NCBI GenBank assembly: GCA_964540005.1
Contig: CAZILN010000411.1
Location: 1-18,375 of the forward strand
From: an uncultured Bacteroidaceae bacterium
GTDB taxonomy: Bacteria; Bacteroidota; Bacteroidia; Bacteroidales; SM23-62
Direction of reading: 5' to 3'
Length of the DNA stretch: 18,375 nt
Of the stretch, positions 9,601 to 15,782 are shown in pieces. Below the pieces are notes generated by a model. It saw only the letters and a program-made list of their open reading frames with translations. It ran no database searches and was not told the DNA's origin. Each line of letters opens with the position of its first letter. Positions within the stretch are counted from its first letter, which is position 1. Both the position numbers and the translations under genes were made by a program.

Positions 9601-10665
9601 TTATTTTTGCATACCGGACGCTTTATTGATATAATTCCAGAAGATCTCCAGGTTTTTAAGATGGCGTTCCTGTTCGTCTTCTGAGAGGTCCTGTAAGCTG
9701 GCAAAATGCGAGAAGCCATTTTCAAGGGACAGCATTTCTTTTGCTGCGTCCATGGAGGCTCCTTCAGCCACCATCTTATCAACATTCTCATACATTTCAG
9801 AGAAGTATTCATAGTGCAGTTGAAATGATGCTCTATCCCGTAACCCGCCATGTCCCGGAACAACTGTTTCTATGGTATTAATATCATCATTTAGATTTTT
9901 CAGAACAGATATCCAGCGGGCGATGTCCCGTTCCCTGTCGCCTGAATGATGGGTGGAAGGAAGATCCATAATTATTGTTGCACCGGCAATCAATACCTTC
10001 TCTTGGGGTATATGAATAAGGATATCTGATTTGCTGTGTCCCAGGCCGAAGTATATTAAATTCAGGGTCATATCGGTAAGCTGTAACTTCATCTCATCTG
10101 AAAACCTGATATCCGGCACAATCACCTCAAATCCGTTCTCAATTTCCTGGCAACGCTTTTTCCAGTATTTTTTGACTTCCTGTATTGCTGCTACTTCGGA
10201 TTCATCACCGGCATGTTCCTTAATTGACTCATCACAGTCGGCAATGTTTTTTTTGTAATACCCTATGATCTCCTGTTTCATTTCTTCATCACTCTGCATA
10301 TCGAACCACCATTGCATATCTTCTATGATATTCTGATGGGCAATTATGGGAATATCTTTGAACAAAGCATTCCCTCCGCAATGATGTGAATGGGCATGAG
10401 TATTGATAACATAGATGAAATCCTGACCCGGAAACTGTTTAAGGATCTCTTCTTTAACGATTTCCATCGTCAGGGGTGATATTTCGGTATCAACCAGGAT
10501 GATCCCTTCTTCAGAGGAAATCGCCACGATGTTACAGTTGCTTACCCTGGTCACGGTAAGGACTATCACTTTATCAGTAATTTTTGTCACACTGACTTCC
10601 TGGGTAAATGCGAGGATATGGATGACAAACAGCAAAAGAATTGAGAACAAGATATTTTTTTTCAT
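9601..10665 (-). CDS. Secreted metallo-beta-lactamase-fold hydrolase (variant metal-binding motif, internal insertion)
   Basis: It has a signal peptide (MKKNILFSILLLFVIHILAFTQ) and an MBL motif 2 written as THAHSHHCGG, with His where the canonical HxHxDH has Asp. Later H/D motifs are present (GLGHSKSD; VVPGHGG). A ~70-aa acidic/Lys-rich insertion sits between motif 2 and motif 3, and there is a C-terminal helical extension. Confidence 0.75.
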   Translation of the reverse strand: MKKNILFSILLLFVIHILAFTQEVSVTKITDKVIVLTVTRVSNCNIVAISSEEGIILVDTEISPLTMEIVKEEILKQFPGQDFIYVINTHAHSHHCGGNALFKDIPIIAHQNIIEDMQWWFDMQSDEEMKQEIIGYYKKNIADCDESIKEHAGDESEVAAIQEVKKYWKKRCQEIENGFEVIVPDIRFSDEMKLQLTDMTLNLIYFGLGHSKSDILIHIPQEKVLIAGATIIMDLPSTHHSGDRERDIARWISVLKNLNDDINTIETVVPGHGGLRDRASFQLHYEYFSEMYENVDKMVAEGASMDAAKEMLSLENGFSHFASLQDLSEDEQERHLKNLEIFWNYINKASGMQK

Positions 10666-10808
10666 AACTACCAGAACGTTTGTGTTTACATATAGAATAT
10701 TTCACTGCCATTGCCGGCAGGATAGCTAATTTACAATATTTTATTCTGTCCAAGGGTATAAATTTTTAATGTTACAGACTTTGTATATTGTCCCCGGTTT
10801 TCTCACTG

Positions 10809-11000
10809 ATGAATTATATGATTAACAGAAAGTACCAATTTACTCTATTATCCCTCCTGTTTGGGTTGTAACTGCTTTCTGCCCAGACTGTTGTCACCAT
10901 ATCAGGAAAGGTTCTGAGCAGGAACGACTCTGTCCCGCTTGTTGGTGCTTCTGTTTATCAACAAGATGGGGACAATAGATTATGCTGTCCTGGAATGTAA
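10809..11000 (+). pseudogene. N-terminal remnant of a SusC/RagA-type TonB-dependent transporter (signal peptide plus start of the carboxypeptidase-regulatory-like domain), interrupted by an in-frame TAA and truncated
   Basis: A single frame reads MNYMINRKYQFTLLSLLFGL-[TAA 10869-10871]-LLSAQTVVTISGKVLSRNDSVPLVGASVYQQDGDNRLCCPGM-stop. 'AQ.V.(I/V)SGKV.D..G.PL.GASV' is the characteristic first strand of SusC-like proteins. Only ~190 bp of what is normally a ~3-kb gene is present. Confidence 0.5.
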
Positions 11001-11197
11001 TATAAAGTTCGTTGAGAAACTTGGACATAAAATATATGTCTATAAACAATTGGAAAACGAACAAATAATATCCAGGCTAAAGCCTGATGCTGAACCAGTT
11101 GAGGGAAGCAGAATAAATCTTTATTTTGACAAAGCAAAGATGTATTTCTTTGACAGGAAATCAGATGTATGCATAAGATGAATCTGGAATAGCCGGC

Positions 11198-12637
11198 TCA
11201 CCATATACTTGCAACTTCATGAAATTCCATTGATATTATTTTAATATCTCCATTGGTATATAATTCCAATTCATCCCGATCAGGGGAAAAGGCGTACTGT
11301 TCTGAATAGGAAAATACCCCGTTATTTGCAAATACTTCGAGTTGGCCCCAGTCAACTAATATTCTGATTTTTATATGGTTTGATGCGTCCGGTAATAGCT
11401 TTTTGGATAACAAAGTATGATTCAAAATATCATACTCTATTATTTTATTGGCAATTTTAAATCCAAATTTTGTAGCCGAAGTTTCTGTAAGTTCAAATTC
11501 AGCAATTAAATCAAACTTTTTCGACCTTATATCAGAGAGCGGATTGGTGTTTGGTTTGCATACCTGTCCTTCCCATTTTTTTGTATTCTCGTAAAGAGAT
11601 GCGATTTCTGCAATAGGGTATCGGGATAGCTTTTTTTGACCACTATATGATACCAGTTCCAAAGTGACAGGGAAGGTTGCGTTTCGTTGCCAGATGGTCT
11701 CTCCAACACCTCCATTCCAATGATCCATCCATGCAATTTGAATTATTCGTGTATCATTGTTTGGAAGATTGCCCATCGGAAAAGTTTGGGCAGCATAAAA
11801 ATCAGGACCTACATCCATTACCAATGTATCCTGACCTTTATCCATAATGAAAGAAGTGCCATCAAAATTTCCTACTAAATAAGTGCCGTTAGCATCTTGC
11901 AACACCCACTTTCTATTATTAGTATCACCATCAAGTGGTAACTGGAAAATATCAGGACATTCGAATCCGAATTTCAAATTGCTTAAAAACTTCCAGCTTA
12001 TCAGATCAGTAGAGCCATAAAAAGTGGTTCCATTTTCATAAAGTGCCAATACCCATTTTAATGAAGGTTCGTGCCAGATAACACATGGATCCCGGGGATA
12101 TTCATTTTGAGTAATATTTGCAACAGGATTATTCACATAGTTATGCCATGTACGCCCGGTATCAATACTCCATGCCAGGCATGTACCTTCTGATGTTCCT
12201 GTATATACAGCTATAATCGCTTCACTGCTTGAACCGGTTATTTTTTTTGCTATTTGATCGGAAACGATTACCGCACTTCCTGAAAATACGTGGTCTCCGG
12301 AAACGTTACGAACTGCATCTGATGGTAATAATGACTTTTGAGGAATTAAAGCTACTCCTTCATCTTTCCAATGCATTAAATCGGGACTTGTGGCATAACC
12401 ACCATGCCGAATTGCCTGGCCCCATTGGTATATCATGTGGTATTTCCCGCCCTGGTACACCAAACCGTTTATATCATTCATCCATCCTGATCTTGGACTG
12501 AAATGAAATTGGCCCCGGTAATTTTCTAAATAATGAATTGTATCGCTATGCGGATAGTACTGAGCATTTAATGCTGCCAGAGAACTTAAAAGCCATAGAG
12601 TCAGAATACAATTTATTTTTTTTGGCATAATATTCAT
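11198..12637 (-). CDS. Glycoside hydrolase family 32 enzyme (beta-fructofuranosidase / levanase / inulinase type), secreted
   Basis: It has a signal peptide (MPKKINCILTLWLLSSLAALNAQ). All three GH32 catalytic motifs are present: WMNDPNG-type nucleophile block (FSPRSGWMNDINGLVYQGGKYHMIYQ), RDP (YPRDPCVIWHE) and EC (FGFECPDIF). The 479-aa length fits an N-terminal beta-propeller plus a C-terminal beta-sandwich. Confidence 0.9.
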   Translation of the reverse strand: MNIMPKKINCILTLWLLSSLAALNAQYYPHSDTIHYLENYRGQFHFSPRSGWMNDINGLVYQGGKYHMIYQWGQAIRHGGYATSPDLMHWKDEGVALIPQKSLLPSDAVRNVSGDHVFSGSAVIVSDQIAKKITGSSSEAIIAVYTGTSEGTCLAWSIDTGRTWHNYVNNPVANITQNEYPRDPCVIWHEPSLKWVLALYENGTTFYGSTDLISWKFLSNLKFGFECPDIFQLPLDGDTNNRKWVLQDANGTYLVGNFDGTSFIMDKGQDTLVMDVGPDFYAAQTFPMGNLPNNDTRIIQIAWMDHWNGGVGETIWQRNATFPVTLELVSYSGQKKLSRYPIAEIASLYENTKKWEGQVCKPNTNPLSDIRSKKFDLIAEFELTETSATKFGFKIANKIIEYDILNHTLLSKKLLPDASNHIKIRILVDWGQLEVFANNGVFSYSEQYAFSPDRDELELYTNGDIKIISMEFHEVASIW

Positions 12638-12656
12638 TGAATTTCAAGTTAATATC

Positions 12657-12672
12657 TGCAAACTGTTCGCCA
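12657..12672 (-). promoter_or_regulatory. Candidate sigma-54 (-24/-12) promoter for the GH32 gene
   Basis: The minus strand reads cTGGCGAacagtTTGCAg, with the invariant GG and GC dinucleotides at canonical spacing (TGGCAC-N5-TTGCW) and a perfect TTGCA -12 element. The predicted transcription start is ~10 nt upstream of the GH32 ATG. It lies immediately downstream of a sigma-54-dependent regulator/kinase operon on the same strand. Confidence 0.4.
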
Positions 12673-12690
12673 GTATCTGAAGTGTATGAA

Positions 12691-12711
12691 AGGAAAGTCG
12701 CAGCATTTCCT
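12691..12711. promoter_or_regulatory. Inverted repeat AGGAAA-N9-TTTCCT upstream of the candidate sigma-54 promoter; possible enhancer-binding-protein site
   Basis: aggaaagtcgcagcatttcct is a 6-bp perfect inverted repeat with a 9-bp spacer. It is centred ~55 bp upstream of the predicted transcription start of GH32, in the HK-GH32 intergenic region. Confidence 0.2.
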
Positions 12712-12797
12712 GAATAGCCTGTTAACTTTCATTAAATTTACGATTTTTTAAGGGATATATGTTCTTTTTGAGTATGGTATGTTTTGAATCGATCCGT

Positions 12798-14162
12798 CTA
12801 AAACTTAAGAGAAATTTTAGTGCCGGTCCCGGGTTTGGACCATAAAGAAACATTGCCACCGTGAAGGGTCATGATATGACGGACAAGGGCCAGTCCGATT
12901 CCCGTACCCTGGCCCTTTGTGGAGAAAAAAGGAACGAATACCTGGTCGATGAGGGTCTTATCAATTCCCGGACCATTATCTGATACCTCAATTATATGAT
13001 GACCGCTCTCTGACAGCTTTGTGCTGATGGTAACCGATTTTTCCGGAATATCCTCGAAGGCTTCCATACAGTTCTTAACAAGATTAATCAATACCTGCTG
13101 GATCAATACCGGATCCAGGTTCAGACTTGCTTCAGGATCATGGAGTTTGGTTGTGAATAAGATCTTTTCCTTTTCAAGGTCTGCTTTAAATAATTGGAAG
13201 GTTTCATCCAGAAGATGATCCAGCCTGGTAAGTTCTTTTTTAGGTTCCGGGATTCGTGTCAGCTTATTATATTCACTTACAAAATCGTATAAATTGTTGC
13301 TCCTTTTCTCAAGAGTTTTGATTGAATGAATAATATCTTCAAGGTTCTTTGGTGTAATTTTTTCGAGCTCTTTTGTCCGGCCGTCCTGTTCCTGGAGGAT
13401 CATTAAAATGGTTTCTGTCAGGGAACTGATAGGTGTTACTGAATTCTTGATCTCATGGTTAAGGGTACGGATCAATTTAAGCCAGGCTTCTGTTTCCCGT
13501 TTCTCAACCTCGTTTTTAATATTCTGAAAGGCAATAATGGTATAATCATCATCGAGCAAGGGGGTTCGTATTACATGAATAGCCAGGTCCGATTTCCCTT
13601 CCTCATCTCCTGATTCCAGCATGGCACGGCTGGTATCTTTCATTCCATCGATCACCTCGGTAAAGGGCCTGCATTTACGCTGTAATTGTTCCCAGTAGAG
13701 GACTCCCGAAGTTCCAAGTAATTTTGTTGCAGCAGTATTCATAAGAATAATTTTACCCTTACCGTTTATGGCTATAATCCCGACATCAATCAATTCAACT
13801 ATATGTTGTATGAACTTGTACTGGACTTCCCTGTCGATCCTGATCTCTTTATAGCTGCGGATGATCCTGTTGAACGATTTGTACAGTTCTTTTTCAGATC
13901 CTTTATACTTATGAATGTCATAGTGGACAGAAAAGTCTCTGGATTGAATTTGTTCAAGCAGTTCTGCCAGTTGCCGGTTTTTTTGATTAATATACCTTAT
14001 CAGATCATAAATCAGCAAACATGCTATTATCGCCAGAACCAGGAAGGTAAATACAAGCTGTCCGGAATCAAAATACAGGAACAACAGGGGAAAACAGGCT
14101 AAGGCCAGCAGTACCAGTATCAGTCTCAGGAATACCTGCAGTGTGAAGCTTTTAAAGGCCAT
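12798..14162 (-). CDS. Sensor histidine kinase (2 TM helices, cytoplasmic PAS-like domain, HisKA + HATPase_c), partner of the NtrC-like regulator
   Basis: Two N-terminal TM helices are separated by only ~5 residues (…LFLYFDSGQLVF…). The H-box is LNHEIKNSVTPISSL, the N-box is LVKNCMEAF, G1 is VSDNGPGI and G2 is GQGTGIGLALV. The start codon overlaps the stop of the upstream regulator by 11 nt. Confidence 0.85.
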   Translation of the reverse strand: MAFKSFTLQVFLRLILVLLALACFPLLFLYFDSGQLVFTFLVLAIIACLLIYDLIRYINQKNRQLAELLEQIQSRDFSVHYDIHKYKGSEKELYKSFNRIIRSYKEIRIDREVQYKFIQHIVELIDVGIIAINGKGKIILMNTAATKLLGTSGVLYWEQLQRKCRPFTEVIDGMKDTSRAMLESGDEEGKSDLAIHVIRTPLLDDDYTIIAFQNIKNEVEKRETEAWLKLIRTLNHEIKNSVTPISSLTETILMILQEQDGRTKELEKITPKNLEDIIHSIKTLEKRSNNLYDFVSEYNKLTRIPEPKKELTRLDHLLDETFQLFKADLEKEKILFTTKLHDPEASLNLDPVLIQQVLINLVKNCMEAFEDIPEKSVTISTKLSESGHHIIEVSDNGPGIDKTLIDQVFVPFFSTKGQGTGIGLALVRHIMTLHGGNVSLWSKPGTGTKISLKF

Positions 14163-15525
14163 ATTTGTGTAATCTTCTGTATAAGGCAGTCCGGGCTATA
14201 CCCAGATCCTCTGCAGCCCTGGTCATATTTCCCTTGTTGCGAGAGATGGCTTTCAGGATGTTCCTTTTTTCCATTTCCTGCAAGTTAAGTATATCTTCCC
14301 TGTTCTCATCAGACTGATAAGACAGGTCAGCCGAGAAATCACCAAAATGCAATAGATTATCCTCGCTCAGTATCACGGCCCTTTCGACTGCATGCTGAAG
14401 TTCCCTGACATTTCCGGGCCAGGCATATTTTTCGAGCCGGCTCTTTGTTCCTGATGTTAAGCGCAGGGTATGCTTTTTATATTTTTTTGAATAAACTGCC
14501 AGAAAAAAATCTATTAGCAGTGGTATGTCCCCGGTTCTTTCCCGTAGGGGAGGAATACGGATCTCAACCGTGTTAATTCGATACAGGAGGTCTTCCCTGA
14601 ATTCCTTTTTCTGTACCATTTGATATACCGGCAGATTTGTAGCGCAGACAAGGCGGAAATCAATATCCTTCGGCTTGTTGGAACCTACCATGGTAAGTTT
14701 GCGGGTTTCCAGTACTGACAGTAACTTGGCCTGAAGGGGCAGGGACAGGTTGCCGATCTCATCAAGGAAAAGCGTTCCCCCGCTGGCAATTTCAAGTCTT
14801 CCCGGTTTATCTTCCCGGGCATCTGTGAAGGCTCCCTTAGTGTGCCCGAATAATTCGCTCTCAAAAAGATTTTCATGAATAGCGCCCAGATCAACATTGA
14901 TAAATGCCTCCAGTTCACGCATAGATTTCCTGTGAATTTCCCTGGCAATCAATTCCTTACCTGTCCCATTCTCCCCAAGGAGCAAAACATTCGCATCCGT
15001 CCCGGCTACCTTCCCTACCAGTTCATGTACTTTATTCATAGCAAAGGAATTCCCGATGATTTCTCCAAAGGATTGATCAAGATCCTTAGCGAGAATTTGC
15101 TGGCGCATCCTGAATTTCTCGAGGTCCTTTCGTGACCAGCTCAGTTGTAAAGCTGCATGTATGACCGATAACAGTTTGTCATTCTTCCAGGGTTTTACAA
15201 TGAAATCGAATGCCCCAGCTTTAATGGATTCCACTGCCAGGTCAATTCCACCGTAAGCAGTTATGAACAGAACTACTGTCGAAGGATCTGTTTCGATTAT
15301 GCTGTTCAGCCAGAAGATCCCTTCCGACCCATCATTTCTGCCTTTGGAGAAATTCATATCCAGCAGGATTATATCAAAGCTTTGTTCCTGCATGTGGGAA
15401 GGTATATTGCCGGGATCTTCTTCTGTTATAACATTGGAGAAAAGTTGTTTAAGGAACATGCGGGCTGTGGTAAGCACGTCCGGGTCATCATCGATGATCA
15501 GTATGGAGGCTTCGGTTTGTGACAT
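14152..15525 (-). CDS. Sigma-54-dependent response regulator (NtrC/Fis family: REC + AAA+ sigma-54 interaction domain + C-terminal HTH)
   Basis: The receiver domain reads ILIIDDDPDVL…ILLDMNFSKG. Walker A is LLLGENGTGKE, the GAFTGA-type sigma-54 contact loop is ESELFGHTKGAFTDA, and the Fis-type HTH is RAAEDLGIARTALYRRLHKYGL. Confidence 0.9.
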   Translation of the reverse strand: MSQTEASILIIDDDPDVLTTARMFLKQLFSNVITEEDPGNIPSHMQEQSFDIILLDMNFSKGRNDGSEGIFWLNSIIETDPSTVVLFITAYGGIDLAVESIKAGAFDFIVKPWKNDKLLSVIHAALQLSWSRKDLEKFRMRQQILAKDLDQSFGEIIGNSFAMNKVHELVGKVAGTDANVLLLGENGTGKELIAREIHRKSMRELEAFINVDLGAIHENLFESELFGHTKGAFTDAREDKPGRLEIASGGTLFLDEIGNLSLPLQAKLLSVLETRKLTMVGSNKPKDIDFRLVCATNLPVYQMVQKKEFREDLLYRINTVEIRIPPLRERTGDIPLLIDFFLAVYSKKYKKHTLRLTSGTKSRLEKYAWPGNVRELQHAVERAVILSEDNLLHFGDFSADLSYQSDENREDILNLQEMEKRNILKAISRNKGNMTRAAEDLGIARTALYRRLHKYGL

Positions 15526-15577
15526 ATCTGGTTTTCGCTTACCTGCTGCCTGTCCTGGTGCAGGTTTGCTGTTATCC

Positions 15578-15636
15578 TGACTAAAAATACATAAACTGTA
15601 CTAAAAACAGACACATATTGTACTAAAAACAGACAC
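15578..15636. promoter_or_regulatory. Three direct repeats (core ACTAAAAA; two perfect 18-mers TGTACTAAAAACAGACAC) in the divergent RR / ABC-permease intergenic region
   Basis: Perfect copies of tgtactaaaaacagacac lie at 15597-15614 and 15619-15636, with a degenerate copy tgactaaaaatacat at 15578-15592. Spacing is 20-22 bp, about two helical turns, which suggests a regulator-binding array. Confidence 0.4.
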
Positions 15637-15782
15637 TTAAGGATGAAATTTTACAATTATATTAAGGTTTCTAACTATAAATAATACTATAATATGCAGA
15701 TAAGCAGTTATTTACGTTAATTGGCATTGCTTTTGGTCTTATTGAAGAAAGTTACCCTAATATTATACCTGACATACTATTT

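Noticed and set aside
10705-10722. Short inverted repeat ctgcc-attgcc-ggcag upstream of the MBL gene
   Set aside because: It is a 5-bp stem with no supporting conservation or promoter context. It could be chance.
10869-10871. Possibility that the in-frame TAA of the SusC-like fragment reflects stop-codon reassignment
   Set aside because: TAA terminates at least five well-supported genes in this window (DegT, NfeD, GH172, M16, permease). A recoded genome is therefore not supported, and a pseudogene is the simpler reading.
10939-11181. 80-aa ORF (TTG start; 72 aa from ATG 10966) between the SusC stump and GH32
   Set aside because: It has no recognisable domain and overlaps the SusC-like fragment in another frame. 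Its C-terminal 'LYFDKAKMYFFDRKSD' only vaguely resembles an ABC-ATPase TOBE tail. It is likely a non-coding remnant, so it is not called as a gene.
15553-15569. Sigma-54-like element cctGGTGCaggtTTGCTg on the plus strand upstream of the permease
   Set aside because: The GG-to-GC spacing is one nucleotide short of canonical and the -24 box is poor (TGGTGC). It lies >210 bp from the start codon and is not convincing.
15718-15738. TGGCA…TTGC in ttaattggcattgcttttggtc
   Set aside because: Both sigma-54 half-elements are present, but they are separated by 1 nt instead of ~10. It is not a -24/-12 promoter.
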